Positions 36,088 to 48,615 of a stretch of 64,000 bases of DNA are shown piece after piece. A program made the translations under genes and the position numbers. The stretch is taken from assembly GCA_002189035.1 (NCBI GenBank), contig NEEC01000010.1, positions 992,001 to 1,056,000 of the forward strand. The letters run 5' to 3'. The notes under the pieces were generated by a model that was given only the letters and a program-made list of their open reading frames with translations, had not been told where the DNA came from and ran no database searches. The stretch's first letter is position 1. Each line of letters starts with the position of its first letter. This DNA comes from Utricularia gibba (Eukaryota > Plantae > Magnoliophyta).

Positions 36088-39000
36088 TTACAAGTGTAAG
36101 AGATTGGATATCAAGTTCCATCCCATCCATGTCTTCTTGTCCGAGAGGGGAGCAAAATTGAGCTCGAACATCTCCCTGGAAATGGGTTGCTGCCCGGACT
36201 CGCAGAACCCGAAAAGCTTAGCCACAACCTCTGCACTCTCTTTGACATGCTGCATGTTCAAGGGATCAGTCCACAGCTTGCTCACTAGCTGAAGCCTTTT
36301 CTGCTTTCCTTCATGAGGGATGTTCCACTTCACGTACAAGGCCTCTCTTTCGTCTGCTGTAAGTTTTGAGCTCACCCTCCTTGCTAGATGCTCCCTTTCC
36401 TGCTTCAGGGCCTTGATGCTGAAAGCCACCAACAGTTAGGAGCAAGCATGTGTTGCAAAATGCACTGAATGGTATCATTTCACATACCTGGATGCTACTG
36501 AGCCAGCCGGATCGTCTCCAAGGAGGGCGGGACTGGCATTACCTACTTCATCAAGATGCTGCTCTAGCCATTTCAGCCTTCTGATCTCCACTTCCATGTA
36601 GATCTTATCAGAGGGATCTCCCTTAAATAAAAGATAGAACTGAGTGCGATGTATGATCGAAACATGGCAGACGTGCCACAGCATGATGATTTCCTTCTTT
36701 TGCTGCTCGGCCAAAACATTCCAAGGAATAGAACAAGATCGGCTTTGATCCTCTTCCTCTTCAGTTGAATCCGCCTCATTGGCCTCTTCCAGCTCCAACA
36801 CCTTGACAAAATAAATACTTTCATACCAATGATCATTTATCATATAAATCTATCTAATCTGCAATGGTTGAAAAAACACTCTACCTGGCAAACGAGAAGC
36901 TGCTTTTGGTACTGTAACTTGGCAACCCGCTCTTTCAGCTCTGTGACATAGGACTTGATGCCTTGAATGTTATCTTCAGTTGCCTTCTTGAACATCCTTT
37001 GCATTTTCTTCATACTAATAGAACTCGAGTGTTTCTGAGCTGAGCTATTTTCCCTTGACAAAGTACTACCAGAATTTTCCCCCAGGGACCCCATTTGGTC
37101 TGTGAAGCGGTGGAGCTCTGTTCTCGATTTCATTATCTGGCAACTTGCAAGAAGACATCGGTGAGCAAGGGGATCGCAGTATGTTGGGCATATTTGAAGC
37201 AGTACTTAAGGTGAACGGTAGGCCTTTTTTCTTTCTCAAAGAAGCCGTCTTTGAGTCTGGGGTCTCCTCGCCTTGATGTGTCAGTAATATGTCTATAGAT
37301 CTCTGCGCATTCTCTAGCTTCTGTTCTACAACTGCAATGTCTCTTTCGTGGGAGTTAAGTCGGGCAATCTCTTCTCTCAATGTGGCTCTATCTTTTAACT
37401 CAAATTCTTCAGGAGCGATATTTGTTGCATGCATCGCCTTGATTTCTGATAGCATCTTTGCAATTGTCTCTGCACTCTCCTCACTTCCAAGCTTCTGCGA
37501 AGTGACTTCCTTGTGGAGCAGGTCAAGTGCACGATTTGCTTCATCACCAAGCTGTCGTTGTCTTGTCTCGAGTTTTCTAATTTCATTGATCAATATATCA
37601 GCAGAAGCTGATGATTTCCTCAGCATCTTGCTGCTCTTCATTATGGAAACGGATTTCCCAGGAAGTGAATCGCTCTCGGCATTGAAAGAGAGGCGCTTCA
37701 CAACCTGAGAGGAAGGTCCATAATTTTCTGAATCCTGAAAAGAGAGCAGCAGCATCGAAGGAAGATTAAAGGCAAAAATCAGATGCAAAAAATAAAGAAA
37801 TCCAGACAATGAAAGTTTGTACCATACCTTATGTTCTTTGTTTGAGTTTCGTTCTAACTGTAGTTGTGATTGTGCATGGTCCCGCTCTCGCTTCAGTTCA
37901 TTGATCTCCATTTCCATCTGAAAGAAAGAAAAACTCTGTCACAAATTTGAAGTCCTAAAAATGAAAATGGAGGATTGAAACTGTTACTTGTCAGAAGGCT
38001 CAGCTCACCTGTTCTATTTTCAACTCCTTTTCCCTCAGCAGAGACCTTAAGTTGATGTGGAAGCAGATATTTCAGGGCTCCGGAGCTCTGCTTCAAGCCT
38101 AGCAACTTCCTGTTGAAGATGCTTCACCAGCTGCTTCTTCTCAATGACCTAATTTAGTTGGGAAAACCCATAATTAGTACAAGAAAACAGTGCCCACCAG
38201 GCCACTAAAGTCCCATACCATGTTCACTTGTGCTGTGTTTTTTACTTCCTTTGCACTTGTTGCAAATACAAGAGTATTTCTTGATTGCTCCATGTGCACC
38301 AAGGCAGGACTCAGAGTGCAAATTATTGCTGTTCGAGCATTCCCACCAAGAGAAGTTTGAAGAATCCTTGTTAGTTTCGAGTTTCTGTAAGGAATGTGAC
38401 CTGATTTGTCTCCACTACTGCAATCCAACATAGAAACACACTGCATTATTCTCTCACATACATCCATATCCAACATCTGTCTCTTTACTAGTTACACAAA
38501 AGGTGCCAACCTCAGTTTTCTGATCACGGTTGCCAAGGTCAGCAAGCTTTTGTTGATATGGCTACCTTCCTTTAACCTCACCCCATCCGATTTTGTTTGA
38601 GATGCGCGCTCGCTGCCCGCGAGATCCACTAGATTCTGCAGGAGTCCAGAGCCGAGTACTTAGCATGACTCATAATTCTTAACATTGAGCATGAAGTATA
38701 TAGGACAAGCTCTCACCAAGGTTGCCATGAATGATTTCACCGACTCCTTGTCTTCTCTGAGACTGCTCTCAATGGTCTGAAACTTAAAAATTTGGACTTC
38801 TGCTGTCTGAAAGGAACCAGAATAATGTATTGCAAAACAGACTTACCAGCCTGATTATCTGGTGCGACCTTGAGCTTTGATCATTAAGAGCAGTTTCTCC
38901 GACCTGCCGTTGTGCTGCAGTAAATGTTAACAATACAAAGTTGAAGTTTTTATCCACTTCTTCCCAGAATGCCAAAGAACAACAAAAAAAAAAATCCATG

Positions 39001-39954
39001 CTGCTTTTGTACCTTCGCACACACTTATCAAATGCCTCAAGTGTTGACCATCCACAATAACTTCTTCTGTTAACATATCAACAACTGTTCCTCTCTGCAC
39101 AAACAAGAGCGTGTTTCGAAGCCGAATATAATTGAAACCAAACTGATAGCTTTAAGTTGAGAAGTTCACCTCATGATCATCAAGTAAGCGGCGGGCACCG
39201 GAGTCTCTGTTCAGAAGATCTATAACAGTTTCATTGTATATCTCCAGAGCAGAAAACTTGATTGAGAAATCCCTCTCCCGTGTCTGTAAGATGAAAATCA
39301 AATCTTTCCCAAAGGAGGGTTGCAGTTTTTGCAAGATATCTGAAACTGGTCAGCGAGCAGACGTACTAGGCTGATGTGCTGATAGATGTCTTTGATTGCA
39401 TGCTCGGTGACACCTCTCATGGTGAAGGTCTTCCCACTGCTCGTTTGCCCGTATGCGAAAATGGTTGCTGCCAAATGAAATGGATATCAAAGAAGTAGCT
39501 CGAATGCTCCATACTCGCATACACACAAATCTAAACATCTTACCATTAATTCCGCTGAGAGCCGATAGAGCAACATCCTTAGCACCATCTTCATAAACTT
39601 CAGAGGTAGAGGAACTTGGCCCAAACACCTTATCTATGAAGCAGGCACTATTGTCACTTCATCTACACACTTAGAACTTCGAAACTGAAGAGGGTTATGA
39701 AGGAGAATGAATGTACCAAATATATAGGATCCGGAAACCCGATCATGAGAAATGTTCTTCGAAACAATGGTATGCTCATCTGGAATATCCCAAGCCACAA
39801 GTTCATAGGAGCCTAGTTCTCTTGAACTCAGTGGCCTCATACGAACCGTCACCAAGATATTCTCCTCCTGGGGTTTTGTTCCACCAGGAGTACATGCTGG
39901 AGTCCTCCTGATCTTTGATGACGGTGTCTCTGGTGCTAGCATTGGCATCCTCAT
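36088..39954 (-). CDS. NACK2: Kinesin-7, NACK1/NACK2 (HINKEL/TETRASPORE) type; VTVRMRPL favours NACK2
   Basis: [127 protein letters not shown]. Confidence 0.9.
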
Positions 39955-40457
39955 GGACAAGAATTTTTACCCCCTGAATCCAAAAACAAAAAAAAGAAGC
40001 AAATTCACCTTTCTAAGCAAACAACTGGGGGTTCAGTTAGAAAATGGAAAAACTTCAGATCACAGAGCATCGAAAACTAATCAGCGTGCGATTCAGTTTG
40101 AAATAAAACGACTTTATCGAAACCCAGAATCTGAAAACAAGGAAATAGAAAGGCAGCAAACCCAGATACAAGCAGTGATGAGAAAATCTTTGGGTTTGGT
40201 GGCTGGATTGGGAAACCAGGTCTCTTGGATAGATAGCAAAATGGATGCACTTTCTATTTTGTTGTTCGAATTTCAGGGGATGGGAATCAAGTAACGGCTA
40301 GTTGCTTTTCCAATTTCCAGCCGTTTTTCTTGAAACAATATTAATTATCCCGTTTTTTCGACCGTTACTCTTGTCTCATAGTGGAGACGTACCTATTTGA
40401 GCTTCGAACCGTGCTCTCGGCCCATTATTTGAAATGGGTTACATATCCTTCCTTTCT

Positions 40458-40485
40458 TTATTATTATTATTATTATTATTATTAT
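40458..40485 (+). repeat. (TTA)n microsatellite, about 9 units
   Basis: Visible run ttattattattattattattattattat. Confidence 0.9.
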
Positions 40486-42287
40486 AAAAGATAGGACAAC
40501 TCAATAAAAGATTTTATCTTCAAGATAAATATCAGATAGATGTAAATAAAAAAAAACTAATGAAAATCATAGGTTTGGTAATCAAATATAGTAAAAGTTT
40601 TTCATGTCACACATAGGACCTGCTAATCTTTTAATTCAAACCTTTATATATGGACTAAATATTGGGTCGAATCGAATTGAACTTAAGCCTTTTCAGGGTG
40701 AGTTTAGGGTCATTTTAAAAAAATGGTCAACGTCACATTATCTCTCGCACACTTAAATAATATATATATATATAGGATGATCATTTTTTCACATAATATC
40801 TGACACATGATAAAATTCTAAGTAAGTTTGCCACCCTCATTTCATGTAGCTTATGGATTGCAATTTGGTTTAATATAGATTTAATATGAAGATGGAATTC
40901 ATTCTTAATTCCAACCATCACAAAAAAATAATAATCAATGTGGAATGTTGGAACTTCTTATTCAATAACATATACTCCAACACATTTCAAAAATGATATC
41001 TCAATTTATTATTATTTCATTTTTTGTGCCACTAATTTAATTTTTTTTAAAAAAAAGTTTCATGGGTAAGAATATGATGAAAAGGCAGGAGCAACCACTC
41101 CGGCACAAGAGCGACGCGGCTGCATATTCAGGGGACGGCATCACGTTGTGTCTCCTCAGCCAACTCGAATCCGGGACACGTAGACACGCACACCATATCT
41201 TTGTCCCGCCTCTCCCCGAACAAACACACGCCGCTTCTGGTAGGAATCGGGCACATCGGTCGCCCCAATTCCCCCTTCTTTCCTTTCGCACACGATCATA
41301 TAACACATGCACATGTTTTTTAAACACAAATATAATCAACATAATTAATCTAAATTGTGGACACCATTAAAATATTTTGATTTAATCAGCGTAAATATTT
41401 ATTTATGTTAAATAAGTTTTTTTTTTTAATAAAATGCTGCATACCCATTTTGTTTTGGTAACTAATCAGCACGGAAAACGGTGCACATGTGGGTCGCATT
41501 CATTGCCTGCAGGTGTAGGTTGACTATGCGCCAGCCCATCCCCCATTTACATTTTCTAATAAAAAACAATATTATAATCTTTAACAAAATAAAAATCCCA
41601 CTGTGATTTTCAAATTAATTAACAAAAAAAGAAACGATTGTCTACAGCACATGTGACATTAGCTGCTAATACACACGTCTCTTTCGAGTATCTCAACGCC
41701 TTATACCCTAAGGAGAACATACCACACGCTGTGTTCTCATAAAGTGTGCAATTAATAATTAAATAACGCCAATAGCTCCCTATTAATTAAATTCCAGATA
41801 TCTTATCACTAACCTACATTCTCCAATAGGTAATGATTTTATTTTTTTTCAACAATGTAAAAATAAATGGAAAATGATAAATACAAATTTACTTACTCAT
41901 ATTTTTTTCTGTGTAAACCAAAAAATGATAAATATAATACAGAAGATTAGTTTATATTAATTATTAAGTTAATTTATTATACTAAAATATAAAGTTATTC
42001 TTTATCTATTTTCATAACATTATATGCAAATTTTATGCCAAGTATGTAATAAATAATTCTTTTATGTTTCAAATCATTTTTATTTTTGTATCAATTAATC
42101 TTATCCATATCATTATGCCCTAAATTAAACCATTCTAGTTTACTGTGATTGATTTGACTCCACACTTGACATAGCCCCGGGCAGGCCAAATTTATGTATC
42201 GGTAGTAACGTGCATATATAAATCGTGTGTTTAGTGTGAGGGGTGGCGTGTACACTTGGGATTGGCTGAGGTGTAGGAGGGTGCCCT

Positions 42288-42300
42288 CTATATATAAAGG
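42288..42300 (+). promoter_or_regulatory. TATA box of the SAUR gene
   Basis: CTATATATAAAGG about 40 bp upstream of the ATG at 42333. Confidence 0.65.
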
Positions 42301-42332
42301 CTCAATAATTCACCTCCCGGTGGAGCCATACC

Positions 42333-42689
42333 ATGACCATGAGAGGGAAGCTCACGAAGCTGAAATCCGTCCTCAAGAGAATGCAATCCTTCAAGTTCAG
42401 CCGCGGCGGCGCATCCACCGCCGTCGCGAATAGCGCGTTGGACGGCGAACTGGGTGCCAAGGACCTGCACACCGTCTACGTGGGGAAATCGAGGCGGCGG
42501 TACCTTATTTCGTCCGACGTCCTCGAGAATCCGCTGTTCCGAGAGCTCGCCAGTCGCCGCCACGACGGCGAGGCGTCGATCAGCGTCGGATGTGAGGTGG
42601 TGCTGTTCGAGCACCTCCTTTGGATGCTGGGAAATGCCGATCTTCAGCCAGAGTCGCTGGACGAACTCGCTCAGTTTTACGCGGATTGA
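42333..42689 (+). CDS. SAUR: Small auxin-up RNA protein, SAUR76-78-like clade
   Basis: Intronless 118-aa ORF: KLTKLKSVLKRMQSF...VYVGKSRRRYLIS...PLFREL...VGCEVVLFEHLLWML.NAD...SLDELAQFY. Confidence 0.93.
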   Translation: MTMRGKLTKLKSVLKRMQSFKFSRGGASTAVANSALDGELGAKDLHTVYVGKSRRRYLISSDVLENPLFRELASRRHDGEASISVGCEVVLFEHLLWMLGNADLQPESLDELAQFYAD

Positions 42690-43569
42690 TCGTGGCGGGG
42701 AATATTCCATTGGTGATGACTTGTAACTGAAATAATGGGGGCATCCGGTGCCGTGATCTTGTACAGTCACGCGCACCGTATGGTTTGTAGTTTATATGAT
42801 AAATTAGTTTTGTTTTTTTAATGATATATTATTACTACTCCTCCTCCTGTGGCCACGCCCAATTGCGCCTTGTAAGAGAAAGAACAAGATGAGTATCTTA
42901 TCTTAATCAAATACGACAAAACACATTATAATAATGGTAACAATAGCACATCCAATAGGCGGTAAGAAAGGCCCAGTCAAAGTGGCTTTCTCCACAGTAA
43001 CACAGTAATATCCTACAGTTGCTTAAACCGCCCTAGAGGGACGTGAATTAGCATATAATTTAATAGTTTAATTAATCATTTATTTGAATTATTTATAAAA
43101 TTGAAAATGTGTTTATTGCATAGATTTTAGTGAATTTTTGTTTATGGTGATTTTAGTTTACCAATTTGGTGCACCGAATTGAAATACCGAATCCTGATGT
43201 GGTGATTTTAGGTGCATTCCTCGTGCGTATAAAACATGTGTATTTTTATAATGGATGTAATGATTAATGGACACCGATATTGCAACCAAATAAACAAAAT
43301 GACCTGGAAATAAAAAAACAAAAATAAATAAATAGGAGCAGTTGATAAAAGTTGGGTAAAAACGGGTACCACATATCCTCAGGGGTTGAAAAGACGTAAG
43401 AGAGCTCTAATGCGCAACGGCGGAGCGCGTTTTCCGGCTTTGTTCATCCAATCATCTTCACTCTCTTTTTTTATTTAAAAAATCACAATAAATATTTAAA
43501 TATGCAATCAATCAAATACGAATTTCATGAGTTAATGAGTGAGATACTCTACATTTTTAAAAACATTTT

Positions 43570-44600
43570 CATATTACCCTACTTTTTAAATTTATTGTTA
43601 TTTTACCTGAGTTTTTAAACAGAATTAGTAATATACCTTATCTTTTGTCATTACTTTTATATTACCTCAATTAAAAGATTAAATGGGTAAATACCTCAAC
43701 TTTTTTCATTTACTTTTTTATTTATATTAACTTTATAAAAACTTTGCAATATTAACAAAATAGAGTTATTTTTTCATTTTATCTTATCTTTATGATTTTT
43801 TATATATTTTAGTTTTAATAAATTTATTGGATACATTTTTTTGATATATTAATATTATTAAAAATATACTTTTATTTTCATAATTTAATATTTCAATAGA
43901 AGGTTTAAATTCAGTATTTATACTTTAGTAATAGTATAATACTAGTTTTTCGAAATTCATGATTATACTTTATAATTTTCATGAAACACATTTTTGTAGT
44001 ATATTGGATAGGAATTGTTTAAACCCACGTCAGAGCCGCCTAGCTTGATGGCGGTTTCCACCGATTAGACGGTAAATTCATAAATAGCAAAGATAAGAAA
44101 TCGAATTCCCCCTTAGATGATTTATAGAGCAGTGATTTATGGTTCATATATTAATATTATTAAAAATATAGTTTATTTTCAGACTTTATAGTTTCAATTA
44201 AAGATTTAAATTAATTATTTATATTTTAGTTATAATATAATATTAAGGTTTTCGAAATTTTAGAGATTAAAATAAAGGTAAATAAATTTTATTATTATGA
44301 TTTAGTTAGTTTAAGGTTATAATATCAGATTTTAAGTTTTCAATTCAAGATTATGATTTAGATTATTTAACTTTATCGTTTGAAATTTAATTTTAGAATT
44401 TAAAGTTTAAAGATGAAAATAAAGATAAATTTCTAATATAGATGAGGATAAATAAAAATGTAAACAGAGGTAAAATACAAAGAAAAAGAATAACTAAGGT
44501 AAAATGACAATAAAAAATGTTAAAAAGGTAAAAAAAAAAATGCATTAAAGTGTAAAAGGTAAATCAACAATAAATATGTTCTGACAAGGGTATTTAACAA
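43570..44600. mobile_element. Possible degenerate Mutator-like non-autonomous element
   Basis: Repeated TTACC/TACC motifs at 43570-43700 mirrored by GGTAA motifs at 44460-44600 around an AT-rich core; ends and TSD unresolved. Confidence 0.35.
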
Positions 44601-47600
44601 AATCACCCCTAATTTCATATCTTTTGGATCCGATTTGTGTGAGGGAGTTATTTTCGTGAATTTCGATAATAATAATGAGATTTACTAGGATCACGTGCGA
44701 AAAGAGAGCATCCCATGTGTGTGGGCCTCCATTGTGCGATGTAATCAAAACCATAGAAAGGAGTGTATTCATATTTGGATAACATATTTTGTTGGGCCCC
44801 AGTCGTAAATTATATCGAAATAATTTTTCTATTTAATTCTTTATTAATGATATGTCAAGCAATGTTTTTCCTCCATCCATCCATCCGTCCATATTTTAGT
44901 AATATTTTACACAAATATAATTACAAATTTGTTTCAATGACTTGTTTTATGTAAATTAATCCACCAAACAAATGGTTCATTTAAGGCCGACTTGAATTGA
45001 TTTGATTTTTGTAAGCGTAAATTAAAAAAAAGGTTAGTAATTTTTGGGTGGACAGAAGAACATGACATAGTCTCAAGGGGCGACTGCCCAAAACGACATG
45101 ACAGCATCTTTTGTCTCTAGTTGTTTCTGCGATCCCTTCACCCTTTGAAACACACCGTTTTTTTTTTTTTTTGGTTAATTTCATAACAATAATAAACTAA
45201 TTAATACACGAGTATGGGTCCACCACCACTACTGTGGATGGACGTCCAAACAAGGGCAAGCCAGCCAGCCAGATGTAGGTGAGTCTCCTAGGAGTAGGGT
45301 GACGGCCCACCACCACTACTGTGGTCCCGCGCCTACCGTCACGTATCTCTCCCTCGGCCTCCGCGCCTTTTTAAACCTACCCCTCGCCCCCAGGGTTTTC
45401 ACTGTTGTATTTTTACGATAAGGTGGAGGGTCCAACGAGTGGGTAAATGTGTAATTTCCTCGTTGAAATCAAGGAGAAGAAACTTGCGGGCCGGGTGTGT
45501 GTTGGATCTGAAGTTGAGCCGTTGTTCGTCTTCATCGCGACAACCATGTTCACGCCCTAACTATGCCACGCCGCATTGCTCCCACGGTCGGCCTAATTCA
45601 ACCCCTTAAGAAGGATCCTATGTCGTTGTCGGGGACAGGTAATAATAATAAATCTCGCATTTATTAATAACCAAAAACTCACACAAACTTTTTCCCCAAA
45701 TATAGATGCCTAAGCTGGAGGAAATTGGGTGAATGCCTTTTATTTCATTTAAAAATTGCAAAATATTTCAATTTTCGTTGAATATTAGTGAATACGTCTG
45801 CTTCTATGTTCTTATTGGTATTTTACACTACTGCTATTTTTTTTCAATATGTTAGTAAAATTTTATAAAATGGATATAATAATAATTCAAAGAAAATTTA
45901 GTAAATTGTATACAGCAATAATTTCGTTAAATAACGAAATTCAATATTCTAAATAAATGAAAAAATGTGTTTTATGTTACATTAATAAACTATTTAAATA
46001 TCTAGAATTTAAATAAATATTAACAGTATATTATGTATATATTTGGTGACAGTATACGAGATATCGAAAAGCATAATATTCTTTTTTTATAATTTTAAAT
46101 TACTGTAATTGGATTAAAAATAAATAATAAAACATTTCATAAATAGCGCATGAGTGTTCGCATTGCCTATTAATTCGTTTTTCAATTTTTTTTTGTTTTA
46201 TTGCTATTTTTTTTTTCAAAAACACTATAATTTTCATAAGAATGATTGATGCGAGTATTTGAACTAGTACTCATTGATAGACTTTATTTCATATGAGATT
46301 GATTGATGTCCACAGATACAAGTTTACTTATTTATAACAATATATATATAATACAATTTATTTGAAGAAGTTGAGTTACGTATGATTCTGTTACAACGTG
46401 CATATCAATAAGAATGATTATAATTCAATAGGAATACGATGACTAAGTCATTACTCCTTCCAAGTCTCATAAACTATGATATATCTGAAAACAAACCTCA
46501 TATACTCTAGGCCAATAATGCCACTTTTTACGGTGTCTTTCACGTATATCAACAACAACGATCCATCACTTCATGCAGGTGCCCAAATATGTACTTTCCT
46601 TGAGGGATTATTTGACGTCCTTGATGTGCTCGACTTCCTCAATGGATAACTTTCTGGGTAAATTTATTATGAAATCAACTATGTCAATTTTATTTACAGT
46701 GACTTGTCGTTTTTGTCGCTACATAACTAAGTTTTCGTTAATGTAAATGAATTCTTATATAAAAAAATACAAGTTATTTGTCAAGTGCCACCAATGACGG
46801 TTGTAGATTTTTGGAAATAAATTTGTTACATAAAAAATGATATGTTACTGGACAGTCACCATTAATGAGCATGCAGATGATTGAAAATATAATATTACAA
46901 AAAAAATGTATATTTCTTTAAGACATCGTTGATAACCTGATATCTGAATGTTATATACCTTGAAAATAATATTTGAATGCTATTTTTAATCTTTTATTTT
47001 CCAATAAAATAATAGATATTTTAAACACGTCATATTTTAATGTCTAGAAAAATTAAAAAATGGTTTCAGAAGAATTGAATTGGTTTTTCACACGTTGAAA
47101 TTCAATGAACAGAAAATTAATTAATAATTTTTAATTTGTATGTCAAAAATGTTTTTTTTAAAAAAATATGGTTGTATGGTTGGATGTAGAATTAGAAGCT
47201 GGTTTTTATCGTATTTTTGAATAATAAATAAATAGACGGAATAAATGCAAGAAGACAAATTAAGGTGGCGGTGTCGTGGGAACGGGAAGGTGTGTGTGGG
47301 GGCGGGTCCATGTGCGCTTACCGTCCGTTGGAATTCGAGAGGTTTTACATGTGCTGTTCTGCATATTTCCCCGTCAACTCCTTTTTCTTCGCACTATTAG
47401 GTTATTATTTTTATATTCATTTGATTCTACCAATTAAATGTTTTAGACCTATTTTTTAAATTTCATAACAATAATAATAATCAAATAATAAAATACCAAA
47501 TGTTTTTGTTCGTTTCTTTAATTCTTGTGGTAAGAAGGGGGTCGTGGTTGTTGATTGCCAGTGATTTACAATGAATCGCATGTAGAGAATGTTAAAATTG

Positions 47601-48615
47601 GATGGATCTTGACAGTCAAAACTAAAACAGTGAGTTGATTTATTTTTAATATATTATAGTTATCGAAACTTTTGTGGATGAAAAAGATCTTGACTGATCA
47701 ATCAGAGTGCTATTCATCTAATAAATAATGCTTCATTTCATGCAAGATCGAAGTATATTGATTAATGTTATCATTGGATCAGAGATGTTTTTGAGAAAAA
47801 AATATTTGAATTTGGAAAAGATTCATAATGGGAAGAATAAATTAGATATGATAGTAAAGATATTTTTGAAAAAAAGTTTTGAATTTTACAAAAGAGTTGT
47901 TGGATTAACAAATTCACATATGTATCCCAAGATATAAAATTAATGGGATCATAAGAAGAGGAAAAGAAATGAAAACATGCAAACTTAAGTTTCAATGCTG
48001 ACATGCCATCCTCGCCAATAAAGAGAAGGATACTCAAACCTCTCATGTAACTTCAATGAGTTCTCAATCATAGAGTTTGTATTAGAATTAGGATGTTAGA
48101 ATAGAAAATAAATAAATAAAGTATTATTTCTTACTTGTGTATATTGACCTATAGAGTTTTTCATAAAAAAGTAGAAGAAAATAGTCAAATTTGATAATTA
48201 CTATCTCAATGTAATAAATAGTACAATTTTTCGGAATTGGATGAAAATGTAATCTTGAGTTTTAGAGAAAATCATGTAAAATTTTAATATTTATTTTCTT
48301 GATTTCTCATTCAATTTATCGTTTTAGTAACAATTACCCACAAAAATGTTTCTTAACCGTCGTGAATCGTTTTTTAAAGCACTGTTTGCAATCTGTACTG
48401 ATATTGGTATCGGGTGATGTTTAAAGGTATGAGGTTTCGACTACTCCGTACACTGCCTCAGGCATTCGCATGGATACCGTTAACGGTTCTCCGACGTTTA
48501 CTGTTAACCTGCAAACTGCAAGTCATGGCCGGACAGCCGGACATTATTTTTTGCACCATAAGCACACGCGCAACCAGTTGCAGGAGCATGTTTAAATCCA
48601 GGGCGCCCACATTGG

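Noticed and set aside
42288-42776. Long overlapping ORFs around the SAUR and CYP716 genes
   Set aside because: GC-rich coding sequence leaves alternative frames open; no independent motifs.
45220-45324. Repeat-spacer-repeat as a CRISPR array
   Set aside because: Only two 18-bp repeats in a eukaryotic context, with no cas genes.
46890-46898. TAATATTAC (geminivirus origin nonanucleotide); also at ~11881
   Set aside because: No flanking GC stem and no Rep-like ORF; expected by chance in AT-rich DNA.
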